32,000 nucleotides of DNA from Candidatus Electronema halotolerans (GCA_942493095.1 OW818675.1:1410001-1442000), one strand, 5' to 3'. Positions 1-9,770 are shown, counted from the stretch's first letter. Numbers and translations: made by a program. Notes: generated by a model not told the origin, from the letters alone.

Positions 1-1409
1 GTGCGGTATTCCCAGTCGCAGACCAGGCCGCCGTCCTGCTCTGTCATGCTCAACGAGAGATCAGACTTGGCGATTTTGTAATCCGGCTTGAGCAGGGTCA
101 GTTTCGCCCCGCCCAGCACCAGCTCTTCCTGCGGCGTGTTCTGAAGGGAGAACATGACCTGAAAAAGCGGCGCATGACTCATGCTTCGGGCCGGATTGAG
201 CTGCTCCACCAAATAATCAAAAGGAATATCCTGATGGTCGTAGGCTTCAAGCGCGGTCCGGCGCACCTGCCGCAGGAGATCAAGGAAGCTCTGCCTGCCG
301 TCAATCCGGCTGCGGAGGACCAAGCTGTTGACAAAAAAGCCGATCAGCCCTTCGGTCTGGGAATGGGTGCGGTTGGCAATGGGGCTGCCCACAGCCAGAT
401 CATCCTGACCGCTCCAGCGGTGCAGCAGGATATTAAAGGCGGCCAGCAGGGTAATGAAGAGCGTTGCCCCCTGCTCGCGGCTGATCTGCTTGATTTTTCC
501 GGTCAGCTCCTGATGCAAGCTGCTGCGCAGATGTCGGCCCTCGGTGCCCATGACCGGCGGACGCGGAAAATCTGTAGGCAGTTCGAGCAGCTCCGGCAGC
601 CCGACGAGCTGATTGCGCCAATAGGTGAGCTGGTCTGACAAAATGCCCTGCTCCAGCCATTGCCGCTGCCAGGCCGCATAGTCGCTGTACTGAATCGGCA
701 GTTCCGGCAGTTCCGGCTCCTGGCCCGCTGCCAAGGCATTATAAATCTCCTTCCACTCCCGGATCAGCACCCCGACCGACCAGCCGTCGCTGATGATGTG
801 GTGCATGTTGAAAAGGAGCATCTGCCGCCCGTTGCTCAGATTCAGCAGATGCAAATCCAGCAGCGGGCCGCTGCTCAGGTCAAAATTCAGCCGGGCATGT
901 TCGCTGATGAGTTCATGAATCCGCCTGTCCTGTTCCGACTCAGGCAATGTGCTGAGATCGCTGACATGGAGCGGATTATACGCCTCGAATACGCGGGCGG
1001 TCGCTTGGCCGTCAAGGTTCGGAAAGCAGGTGCGCAGGTTCTCGTGCCGCTCAATCAGGGCAAGCAAGGAGGCGGCGAGCAGTTTTTCGTCCAGCCGCCC
1101 TTTGCAGTCAAAGACGGCGGGAATGTTATATACAGCCTCCTCCTCCTCCAACTGCTCCAGAAAAAGCAGCCGCTGCTGGGCAAAGGATATCGGAGCTGTT
1201 TCTTCTTTGGCAAGACGGAGAATGGGCTGCTCAAACAGGGTCTTGCGCCGGAGAAAATTGAGAATTTCTTCTTTGCGCTCAGTCAGCTCGGTGCGCAGTT
1301 GCTCATTCAGAGTGCCTTTTGGAGCCTTGAAACGCAACCGCCCGTTTTCAGACCAGATTTCTATGTGGAGCCGCTTCAGGTCAACAAGAAAATCTTCCAG
1401 ATGCCTCAC
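1..1409 (-). CDS. Nonribosomal peptide synthetase, 5' part (truncated by window edge): TubC-type N-terminal docking domain followed by condensation domain
   Basis: Hand translation of the minus strand from GTG at 1409: VRHLEDFLVDLKRLHIEIWSENGRLRFKAPKGTLNEQLRTELTERKEEILNFLRRK... then C-domain motifs including MHHIISDGWSVGVL and HQDIPFDYLVEQLNPARSMSHAPLFQVMF. The frame stays open to position 1. It is absent from the ORF track because the gene runs off the window. Confidence 0.9.
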   Translation of the reverse strand, partial: MRHLEDFLVDLKRLHIEIWSENGRLRFKAPKGTLNEQLRTELTERKEEILNFLRRKTLFEQPILRLAKEETAPISFAQQRLLFLEQLEEEEAVYNIPAVFDCKGRLDEKLLAASLLALIERHENLRTCFPNLDGQATARVFEAYNPLHVSDLSTLPESEQDRRIHELISEHARLNFDLSSGPLLDLHLLNLSNGRQMLLFNMHHIISDGWSVGVLIREWKEIYNALAAGQEPELPELPIQYSDYAAWQRQWLEQGILSDQLTYWRNQLVGLPELLELPTDFPRPPVMGTEGRHLRSSLHQELTGKIKQISREQGATLFITLLAAFNILLHRWSGQDDLAVGSPIANRTHSQTEGLIGFFVNSLVLRSRIDGRQSFLDLLRQVRRTALEAYDHQDIPFDYLVEQLNPARSMSHAPLFQVMFSLQNTPQEELVLGGAKLTLLKPDYKIAKSDLSLSMTEQDGGLVCDWEYR

Positions 1410-4400
1410 AGCTCACCTTCCTCCATTTCAGCGACTGCATCGCTTTCTTCAGCAACGGCAAGCAGCCGGGCCAGTTCGCTCACTGTGGGCAGGGCGAAAA
1501 GCTGCCGCAGGGACAGCTCTGCGGCAAAGGCGGTGCGGATGCGCGAGACCAATTGCGTGGCTAAGAGCGAATGGCCGCCGAGATCAAAGAAGTTGTCATG
1601 CACGCCAATCTGCTCTGGCCGCCGCCGGAGCACTTCGGCCCATATCTCGGTCATGCGCTGTTCCTCGTCTGTGCGGGGCGCAACCCGGCTGGGCTGTTCT
1701 GCGGCTTCCACTGACAGGTCTGCCAGCGCACGGTGGTCGAGCTTGCCGTTGCTGGTCAGAGGCAGGGTATCGAGCAGAAGGAAGCCCGCAGGCACCATGT
1801 AATCTGGCAGGCGGCTTCTGAGCTGGCTGCGCAAAACTTCAATCAGGTCAGCAGGCGCCTCTTCGGTCGGGACAATGTACGCCAGTAAACAGGCATTGCC
1901 GTTCTTGTCATCAAGCAGCACCACTGCCTCTCGCACTGCCTCGTGCTCATGCAGAACCGTCTCGATTTCGCCCAGCTCAATGCGGAAGCCGCGCAGCTTG
2001 ACTTGCTGGTCAATCCGACCCAAGTATTCAAGACTGCCGTCAGGCAGCATCCGGGCCAGATCGCCGGTTTTGTAGAGCCGCTCTTGTCTGCCGAACAGCT
2101 CAAGCTCAATGAAGCGGGCTGCGGTCAGCTCTGGCCGGTTGAGATAGCCCCGCGTCACGCCGCCGCCACTGACGTGCATTTCTCCGGGCACCCCGACAGG
2201 CACAGGCTGCTGGTGCGGGTCAAGAATCCAGACGTGGAGATCGGGAATGGGGATGCCTATGCCGCCGCCGTCCTGCTGACAGCCGGTCAGCGGGCAATAG
2301 GTGACATGCACCGTGGTTTCGGTGATGCCGTACATGTTGACCAACTGCGGCTGTGCAGGATCATGGCGGGCGAACCACCGCTCCAGCATCTTGCAGTCAA
2401 GAGCCTCGCCGCCAAAGATGACATAGCGCAGGGCCAAGTCATCAGGCCGGATGTCAACGCTGATGAGCTGGCGGAAGGCGGACGGAGTCTGATTGAGCAC
2501 TGTCACCTGCTCTTTGATCAGGAGCTGATAAAATGCTTCCGGGTCGCGGCTGGTCAAATAGGGCACCACCACCAATTTGCCGCCGCAGAGCAATGCGCCC
2601 CAGATTTCCCAGACTGAAAAGTCAAAGGCATAGGAATGGAACAGTGTCCAGACATCCTGCTCGTTGAAATGATACCAGCTCTCGGTTGCCGTAAAAAGAC
2701 GGCTGATATTGGCGTGCGTCACCAAGCAGCCCTTGGGCTTGCCGGTCGAACCGGAGGTGTAGATCACGTAGGCGAGATTGTCCAGCCCGCTTTGCAGGGC
2801 AGGATTTTCCGCTGAATGGGCGGCTATTGCCTGGCAATCCCGGTCAAAAGTCACGGTGCGGATGCCTTCGGTCAACGGCAGCCGTTCCAGCAGGCAGGAC
2901 TGAGTGAGCAGCACTTGCACGGCGGCATCTTCGAGCATGAACAGCAGCCGTTCCTGCGGATAGTCCGGGTCAAGGGGCAGATAGGCTCCGCCCGCTTTGA
3001 GAATGCCGAGCAAACCAACCAGCATGTCCAAAGAACGGTCAACGCAGATGCCGACTAAACTCTCCGGCCCGATCCCCAGCGTCAGCAGATGATGCGCCAA
3101 TTGATTGGCTTGGCGGTTCAGCTCGTTGTATGTGAGTTGCTCTTCAGCAAAGACAACCGCAATGCTGTCTGGGTGCAACGCAGCTTGGGCCTCAAATTGG
3201 GCAATAACGGTCTGCTTTGCCGGATACTCCACCCGCTCCTGCGCCGAAAAACGCTGGATTTCAGCAGCGGTCAGCAACGGCAGGCGGCAGACTGGCTGTT
3301 CCGGGCGAGCGCAGATGCCTTCCAGCAGCACGGCAAAATGCTCGGCCAAGGCGGCAATGGTTTCAGCTCGGAACAAGTCGGTATCATATTCCCAAGCGCA
3401 GACCAATTCGCCGTTCTGTTCAGCGGCAGTCAGGGTCAGGTCAAACTTGGCAACCTTGTAGTCCGGCTCAGACAGCGACATGTTCAGGCCGCTGAATTGC
3501 GGCTCCTCCACAGACTGGACCAAGAGAAACATGACTTGGAACAGCGGCGCATGGCTCATGCTCCGGGTCGGATTGAGCTGCTCCACCAGATATTCAAAAG
3601 GAATGTCCTGATGGCCGTAGGCTTCAAGGGCGGTCTGCCGCACCTGACCGAGCAGGTCAAGAAAGCTCTGGCTGCTGTCAATTTTGGTGCGGAACACCAA
3701 GGTGTTGACAAAAAAGCCGATCAGCTCTTCGGTCTGATGATGGCTGCGGTTGGCGACAGGGCTGCCCACGGCTAAATCGCTCTGCCTGCTGTAGCGGTGC
3801 AGGAGGACATTGAAGGCGGCCAGCAAGGTCATGAACAAGGTTGCGCCCTGTTCTTGGCTTATTTGCTTAATTTTTTTTGTCACCGCCGCGCTGATTTTGC
3901 TCTTCAGTCGCCGGCCTTGATGGCGCAGCATTGCCGGACGGGGAAAGTCAATGGGCAATTCGAGCAGCTCCGGCATTCCGGCCAGCTTCTCCCGCCAGTA
4001 GGCGAGCTGGGTCGTCAGCACACCCTGTTCGAGCCAGTTTTTCTGCCAGGCCGCATAGTCGCTGTACTGGATGGACAATTCCGGCAGGCGCAGTTCCTGC
4101 TGCTGCACAGCGGTGCTGTAGAGCTGCGACCACTCACGGAGCAGCACCCCCATTGACCAGCCGTCGCTGACTATGTGGTGCATGTTGAGCAGCAGCAGAT
4201 GCTCTGTCGGCCCAATCTTGAGGAGATGCAGGCGCAGCAGCGGGCCGCTTTCCAGATCAAAAGGACGATGCACTGCTTCATCAAGCCACGCATCAAGCCA
4301 GCACTGCTGTTCAGCGGCAGCCAAAGCTGGCAATTCCACCACGGTCAGCGGATCATAAACCGCTGTGCGCTGCACAGTCGCTGCCCCGTTGATTGCTGGA

Positions 4401-7400
4401 AAGCAGACACGCAGGCTTTCGTGCCGCTCAATCAGGGCGAGAAAAGACGAGCGCAGGGCCTGTTGGTCAAGGCTGCCTTCCAGCCGCAGGACAACCGGGA
4501 TATTGTAGGTCGCAGTCCTGCCCTCCAACTGGGCAAGGAACCAGAGCCGCTGCTGGGCAAAGGAAAGTCGCAGCGGCTGCTCCTCCGGCAGCCGGGGTAT
4601 GGTCAGCAGCTTCAGCTCCCGCTGATAGCCGAGCTGTTCGGCCAATGACCAGGCCGCCTCGCTGAGAAAATCTTCCTTATACGCTGTCCGCCAGCTCTCC
4701 GCCACTTGAGCATCAATTTTTTGGTGGGCATGAAATTTGATGTCGCCCAGCATCTTGCCTTCCGCATGAAGGCCGTCGGTCATCCGCTGCCTGCTGTCCT
4801 GATAAGGCTTGAGCATGTCCTGATGCAGCGGCAAATCGAGAACGTCGCAGAGCGTTGCCAAAGTCGGCTGCGGCTGACTGACTAAATCCTCAAATTTCAG
4901 GCAGCACTGTCGTTCTGCCGGGATATCTTGCAAGAAATTGAGAATGTTGTGATTGCAGTGCAGCCAGAGCATTTCCGCCAGTTTGACTGACGAGCCAGAC
5001 TCGGCCAGCTCCGCCAAAGCAGAAGAGTATGGATGGCCGGAAAGGATGCGCTCCATCCGGGCTTTTTCAAAGGAGCGGATCATGCCAAGCGGATGCCGGA
5101 GCAGGTGGATGTACAAGGCATTGTCAAAATATTCCTCAGCCTGCCGTAAAATGGCGGCATCCACGCTGTAGAACGGGGTTTTATCGACCAGCAGCCTGTT
5201 CTTGGCCGCAGTCTGGAGAACCTGATAAAAGGTCTGCACGTCCAGATCGTCTTGTTCATACTCAGTCATCATCTGCCAAGCCTGTTCCGCCGCGCAGCCG
5301 TGCAGCTCCATCAGGGCGCGGACTGTGCCTTGCAGCCAGAAGGCATCATGCTCAGTGCAGCGGGCGGCCCGTTCGCGCAGATCAGCAAAGCCGAGCAGCT
5401 CCAGTTCCGGCGGAGCGAAGAGGCGCGGATGGCCGCCGAGCATGACCCGGAGCAGGGTGGTGCCGGAACGGGGCGGGGCAAGAATGAAAACCGCAGGCGG
5501 ATTTTTTCTGGCCCTGCTGCCCGGCTTGAAGCGGGGTTTCTCGATGAGCCGCTCCAGTTCGGCCAAGTCCGCTGCTGTCACCTTGTGTTGCCGCAGCTCT
5601 GAGCTGCTTTCCGTAGCAGTCCCTTCCAACCGAGCCATCAGGTTGGGATAATGGCTTCTGATGCAGTCAACAAACTTGCTCACTGTCGGCGCGGTAAAGA
5701 GATCATAAATGTGAAAAATTTCCTGCGTCTGCGCATTCAGCTCGTTGATGAAGCGGATGCCGTTGAGCGAATTGCCGCCAATGGCGAAAAAATCATCATG
5801 AATGCCGATGCGCTCCACACCAAGAATTTTCTGCCAGATTGCCGCAATCAGGACTTCCGCCTCGGTCTGCGGGGCGACAAAGCCGGTCCGGGCCGCCGCA
5901 TCCGGTTCCGGCAAGGCTTTGCGGTCAATTTTGCCGTTCACGGTCAGAGGAAAGCTGTCCATGACTATGAAGGCGGCAGGCAGCATGTAGTCAGGCAGCC
6001 GCTCGGCCAGCCAAGCGCGCAGGCTGCGCTCTGCATCGACCAGCGGCGCGGCCAAGGTGAAATAGGCGAGCAGACGGGCATTGTCGCCTTGGCCGAACGG
6101 CATGACCACTGCCTCCTGCACCGCCTCATGCCGGGCTAAAATCGCCTCGACCTCGCCCGGCTCAATGCGGAAGCCGCGAATTTTCACCTGCTGGTCAATC
6201 CGGCCCAGATATTCAAGGCTGCCGTCCGGGAGCTGGCGGGCCAGATCGCCGGTCTTGTAGAGCCGCTGCTTTTGGCCGAACAGCTCGGTTTCAATAAATC
6301 TATCCGCAGTCAATTCAGGCCGGTTGAGATAGCCCCGGCTGACTCCGGCCCCGCCGACAAACATTTCCCCGGCAATGCCGATGGGTAGCGGCTGCTGCTG
6401 CGCATCAAGAATCCAGACCTGCAAATCGGCCAAAGGACGGCCTATGGTGCCGCCTTCCTCCTCGCAGCCGGTCAGCGGGCAATAGGTGACATGCACCGTG
6501 GTTTCAGTGATGCCGTACATGTTGACAAGCTGCGGCCTGCTGTTGCCGTGCCGGTCAAACCAAGGCCTGAGCGCGGCATAATCCAGTGCTTCGCCGCCGA
6601 AAATGACATAACGCAGGGCGAGCCGGTCCGGCTCGCTGTCAGTTTTGATGAGCTGCCGGAAGGCGGAGGGAGTCTGGTTGAGCACTGTCACCTGCTGCTC
6701 AATCAGGAGCTGATAAAAAGCTTCCGGGTCGCGGCTGATCAGATAGGGCACCACCACCAGCCTGCCGCCGTAAAGCAGCGCGCCCCAGATTTCCCAGACT
6801 GAAAAATCAAAGGCATAGGAATGGAACAGGGTCCAGACATCATCCGCCGAAAAATGATACAGCTCCTCGGTCACGGCAAAAAGGCGGCTGACATTCTGAT
6901 GCGTCACCAGGCAGCCCTTGGGCTTGCCGGTTGAGCCGGAGGTGTAGATCACGTAGGCCAGATTGTCCGGCCTGATCTCAATCAGCGAATTTTCGGACGG
7001 AAAAGCGGCGATTCTTGCCTGATCACTGTCCATGCAGAGCGTGACCGCGCTGTGTTCCGGCAGGGCATCCAGCAAACTGCTCTGGGTGAGCAGCACCTTG
7101 ACCCCGGAATCTTCCAGCAGGAAGCGCAGCCGCTCCTGGGGTGCATCCGGGTCAAGAGGGACATAAGCCCCGCCTGCCTTGAGAATGGCAAGCAGGCCGA
7201 TCACCATGTCCAAAGACCGCTCCACGCAGATGCCGACCAAGATTTCCGGCCCGACTCCCATGCTGATCAGGCAGTGGGCAAGTTGATTGGCCTTGTGGTT
7301 CAGTTCCGCATACGTAAGCCGCTGTCCTTCGCAGACTGCGGCAACCCGGTCAGCATGTTTTTCTGCCTGCGCCTCAAACAGGGCAGTAAGAGTGGCGGGC

Positions 7401-8797
7401 GGAGCAAGGGCTTGCTTGCTCTGATTCCATGCGGCAAGCTGTATCTGCTCCGCTGGGCTGACCAAGGGAATTTTGCTGACCAAGGCATCCGCATCAGCCA
7501 GCGCATGTTCTATAATATGGACAAAGCCCTCCCTGACGCGCCTGACCTCGGCTGCATCCAGCCAAGCAAGGTTATAGACAAAATCGACCTGCACATCCGC
7601 ATGATCATGAAATTCCCAGACCGAAATGATCAGCGGATGCTGTTTGCTGTCATTGGTCAGAGTAACGGTTCTTCCTTGGAAAATGCCGGACTCGGTCGCA
7701 TGATCGTGCTTGGCGTAGTTGAACTGAAAATCAAACAGATTCCGCTGACCTGCGCCGTGCAGACCTGCTTCCCGATACAGATCGCCGATGGGCAGCCGCT
7801 GATGGCGGTAATCGGCCTTCAGAGTCCTGCCGATTGCAAGGAGCAGCTCGCGGAAGCTCAGATCAGTGCCGAACCGGAAGCGGGCCGGAATCATGTTGAT
7901 GAACAGGCCGATGGTCTCCTTAAAGGCCGCGCCGCTGCGGTTGAGAATGGGCAGGCCGACTGCCAGCTCGTCCCGGCGGGCGGTGCGGACAAAATAGACA
8001 TACAGGGCACTGAGCATGACATGAAAGGGCGTGGAGCCTGCTTCCTTGGCAAAGGCGACCATCTGGTTGTAAAAAGAACGCTCCAGCCAGAGCACCTGCC
8101 GCTCCGAAGGCAGGCCCCGGTCGGCAGCGCGTAGCTGCTTGGGCTGGAACAGCGGCTCCGGCAGGCTGCGGTACTTGTCCGCCCAATACTGAATATCCTT
8201 GCCGCAGCGCGGTGATGCAGCGTATGCCTGGTCATTTTCAATAAAATCAAGGTACGATGAGAAAAGCCATTCTGAACGGAAAGGCACAGCACCCTCTTGG
8301 AGCAACGTGCTGTAGAGTTTGCCCAGCCTTTTATTGAACAGCGCGATTCCCCAGCCGTCACTGATCAGATGATGATAAACGGAAAAAAATTTGTAATGCT
8401 CCTCATGCACTTTGAGCAGGGCGAAGCGGCACAGCGGCTGCTCATACAGGGGAAAAGGCTGCGTGAACTGCGTCTGCATCCATGCGAGAGCCGCCTGTTC
8501 AGCATCATCTTGCGCCGAAAAATCAAGCAGCGGCACCGGCACGGTTATGTTGTCTGCAAACGTTTGCAGCGGCAGCTCAGAGGGAGATGGCCCAGCCTTG
8601 AGGATCGTCCGCAGGGCATCGTGTCCTGCCGCCATAAACTGCACAGCCAAAGCAAATAGCTCATAATCAACAGCAATGTTGATCTCAACATACGCGCCGA
8701 TGTTGTACAGCGGCACATCCGGGTGCAGCATTTGGTCAAACCAGATTTCACGCTGGGGCGAGGAGAGCGGATGCTGCTGAATTTTTTGCATGTTCAT
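1406..8797 (-). CDS. Dimodular nonribosomal peptide synthetase, C-A-PCP-sulfotransferase-C-A-PCP, no thioesterase
   Basis: ORF 1406..8893. The likely start is at the internal MNMQKIQQHPLSSPQREIW (8797), since the preceding residues do not look like a C domain. Motifs: HHLISDGW and HHIVSDGW (C domains), YTSGSTGKPKG twice (A domains), IGGNSL and LGGHSL (PCPs), and FILAPPRSGTTLL (PAPS-binding sulfotransferase). Confidence 0.95.
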   Translation of the reverse strand: MNMQKIQQHPLSSPQREIWFDQMLHPDVPLYNIGAYVEINIAVDYELFALAVQFMAAGHDALRTILKAGPSPSELPLQTFADNITVPVPLLDFSAQDDAEQAALAWMQTQFTQPFPLYEQPLCRFALLKVHEEHYKFFSVYHHLISDGWGIALFNKRLGKLYSTLLQEGAVPFRSEWLFSSYLDFIENDQAYAASPRCGKDIQYWADKYRSLPEPLFQPKQLRAADRGLPSERQVLWLERSFYNQMVAFAKEAGSTPFHVMLSALYVYFVRTARRDELAVGLPILNRSGAAFKETIGLFINMIPARFRFGTDLSFRELLLAIGRTLKADYRHQRLPIGDLYREAGLHGAGQRNLFDFQFNYAKHDHATESGIFQGRTVTLTNDSKQHPLIISVWEFHDHADVQVDFVYNLAWLDAAEVRRVREGFVHIIEHALADADALVSKIPLVSPAEQIQLAAWNQSKQALAPPATLTALFEAQAEKHADRVAAVCEGQRLTYAELNHKANQLAHCLISMGVGPEILVGICVERSLDMVIGLLAILKAGGAYVPLDPDAPQERLRFLLEDSGVKVLLTQSSLLDALPEHSAVTLCMDSDQARIAAFPSENSLIEIRPDNLAYVIYTSGSTGKPKGCLVTHQNVSRLFAVTEELYHFSADDVWTLFHSYAFDFSVWEIWGALLYGGRLVVVPYLISRDPEAFYQLLIEQQVTVLNQTPSAFRQLIKTDSEPDRLALRYVIFGGEALDYAALRPWFDRHGNSRPQLVNMYGITETTVHVTYCPLTGCEEEGGTIGRPLADLQVWILDAQQQPLPIGIAGEMFVGGAGVSRGYLNRPELTADRFIETELFGQKQRLYKTGDLARQLPDGSLEYLGRIDQQVKIRGFRIEPGEVEAILARHEAVQEAVVMPFGQGDNARLLAYFTLAAPLVDAERSLRAWLAERLPDYMLPAAFIVMDSFPLTVNGKIDRKALPEPDAAARTGFVAPQTEAEVLIAAIWQKILGVERIGIHDDFFAIGGNSLNGIRFINELNAQTQEIFHIYDLFTAPTVSKFVDCIRSHYPNLMARLEGTATESSSELRQHKVTAADLAELERLIEKPRFKPGSRARKNPPAVFILAPPRSGTTLLRVMLGGHPRLFAPPELELLGFADLRERAARCTEHDAFWLQGTVRALMELHGCAAEQAWQMMTEYEQDDLDVQTFYQVLQTAAKNRLLVDKTPFYSVDAAILRQAEEYFDNALYIHLLRHPLGMIRSFEKARMERILSGHPYSSALAELAESGSSVKLAEMLWLHCNHNILNFLQDIPAERQCCLKFEDLVSQPQPTLATLCDVLDLPLHQDMLKPYQDSRQRMTDGLHAEGKMLGDIKFHAHQKIDAQVAESWRTAYKEDFLSEAAWSLAEQLGYQRELKLLTIPRLPEEQPLRLSFAQQRLWFLAQLEGRTATYNIPVVLRLEGSLDQQALRSSFLALIERHESLRVCFPAINGAATVQRTAVYDPLTVVELPALAAAEQQCWLDAWLDEAVHRPFDLESGPLLRLHLLKIGPTEHLLLLNMHHIVSDGWSMGVLLREWSQLYSTAVQQQELRLPELSIQYSDYAAWQKNWLEQGVLTTQLAYWREKLAGMPELLELPIDFPRPAMLRHQGRRLKSKISAAVTKKIKQISQEQGATLFMTLLAAFNVLLHRYSRQSDLAVGSPVANRSHHQTEELIGFFVNTLVFRTKIDSSQSFLDLLGQVRQTALEAYGHQDIPFEYLVEQLNPTRSMSHAPLFQVMFLLVQSVEEPQFSGLNMSLSEPDYKVAKFDLTLTAAEQNGELVCAWEYDTDLFRAETIAALAEHFAVLLEGICARPEQPVCRLPLLTAAEIQRFSAQERVEYPAKQTVIAQFEAQAALHPDSIAVVFAEEQLTYNELNRQANQLAHHLLTLGIGPESLVGICVDRSLDMLVGLLGILKAGGAYLPLDPDYPQERLLFMLEDAAVQVLLTQSCLLERLPLTEGIRTVTFDRDCQAIAAHSAENPALQSGLDNLAYVIYTSGSTGKPKGCLVTHANISRLFTATESWYHFNEQDVWTLFHSYAFDFSVWEIWGALLCGGKLVVVPYLTSRDPEAFYQLLIKEQVTVLNQTPSAFRQLISVDIRPDDLALRYVIFGGEALDCKMLERWFARHDPAQPQLVNMYGITETTVHVTYCPLTGCQQDGGGIGIPIPDLHVWILDPHQQPVPVGVPGEMHVSGGGVTRGYLNRPELTAARFIELELFGRQERLYKTGDLARMLPDGSLEYLGRIDQQVKLRGFRIELGEIETVLHEHEAVREAVVLLDDKNGNACLLAYIVPTEEAPADLIEVLRSQLRSRLPDYMVPAGFLLLDTLPLTSNGKLDHRALADLSVEAAEQPSRVAPRTDEEQRMTEIWAEVLRRRPEQIGVHDNFFDLGGHSLLATQLVSRIRTAFAAELSLRQLFALPTVSELARLLAVAEESDAVAEMEEGEL
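4625..5505 (-). other. Sulfotransferase-like domain embedded in the NRPS between PCP1 and C2
   Basis: Protein segment NPPAVFILAPPRSGTTLLRVMLGGHPRLFAPPELELLGF...LLVDKTPFYSVD...YIHLLRHPLGMIRSFEKARM...CCLKFEDLVSQP. This has the 5'-phosphosulfate loop and the 3'-phosphate-binding region typical of Sulfotransfer_3-type enzymes. Coordinates approximate. Confidence 0.85.
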
Positions 8798-9330
8798 TGC
8801 GCTGGTTGTGTTTCGCAGCTGGAGATGCGGTGCCACCAGAAGAAAAAAGCTAATAATTACAACATAATCGAACTGAATTATATGTGTTTGCATTCTTCAA
8901 GTCAAGCAGATTTGTCCGGTGGGCTGTTTTTTTGGTCATGGCTGTCTCACCGCAGACCGGGCGGGGGCGGCGACGCGGCGGCGGTGAAAACGTCCCTTGA
9001 CAAGAAGTGCTGATTGCAGTACTTGTTATATAACAGGTTGCGGTTTCGTTTCAGTCAGCCGCCAACGGAGTGAAAGCGTAATAAATTCACCTTTAAAATA
9101 TTATTCATATTTTTGCCCAGAAAAAAATTTACAAGCACCTGCAAACGCAGTATAGTCAGACTGAGGAATTTACTTGAAATGATGCTTCTCGTTTTTTCAA
9201 ACCAGAGGAGCGGAACAAACAAAGCATAATGCTGCGCATCCAGCCTGCTGTCCGATCAGGCATGAGCAATAAGTCGGGTCTCAAGGCTGCGGTCTGGCAG
9301 CCATTATGTCAACACGAGGAGGAGTTGGAA

Positions 9331-9669
9331 ATGAAGGGCATGATCGTTAAATTAGTACTGGCAGCATCGGCAGGTCTTCTGATGGTTGCAGGTTCAGCAT
9401 CCGCGCAGGCAATGAAGCAGCAGGCGCCCGGAGGCTACACGCTTGAGCCGAGCACCATGCAGAACATTGATCAGATCATCCTCCAGATGCAGCAGGAGAT
9501 GATCCAGAAGAACTATTCCGCCATGCTGCTCAAGCCGCAGATGATGGCCAAAATGATGAATGAGCGCGCTCCGCAGAACTTCATGCAGGGCACCATTCAG
9601 CCGGTGATGATGCAGAAAATGCGCGATCAGATCAAACCGCAGCAGATGCAGATGATGCAGACTCGCTAA
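9331..9669 (+). CDS. Small secreted Met/Gln-rich protein, unknown function (112 aa)
   Basis: ORF 9229..9669; better start at 9331 just after aacacgaggaggagttggaa (strong SD). N-terminus MKGMIVKLVLAASAGLLMVAGSASA-Q resembles a Sec signal peptide. Confidence 0.8.
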   Translation: MKGMIVKLVLAASAGLLMVAGSASAQAMKQQAPGGYTLEPSTMQNIDQIILQMQQEMIQKNYSAMLLKPQMMAKMMNERAPQNFMQGTIQPVMMQKMRDQIKPQQMQMMQTR

Positions 9670-9722
9670 TAGCAGCCGGCCTCCGCGCCCCTCCCTTTCT
9701 TTCCTTGCAAAGAAAGGTTGAG

Positions 9723-9770
9723 AAATAACCAGATATGCTGCGCAAGCGCGGCGTGTCTGGTTATTTTTAT
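9723..9770 (+). terminator. Rho-independent terminator-like hairpin after the Met/Gln-rich gene
   Basis: aaataaccaga (9723-9733) pairs exactly with tctggttattt (9756-9766); inner gcgc pairing; followed by a T-rich stretch. Confidence 0.75.

Noticed and set aside
174-4665. Many + strand ORFs (e.g. 660..1802, 3089..3775) opposite the NRPS genes
   Set aside because: They are antisense to clearly coding, GC-rich NRPS sequence, have low-complexity composition, and recur where the NRPS modules are homologous.
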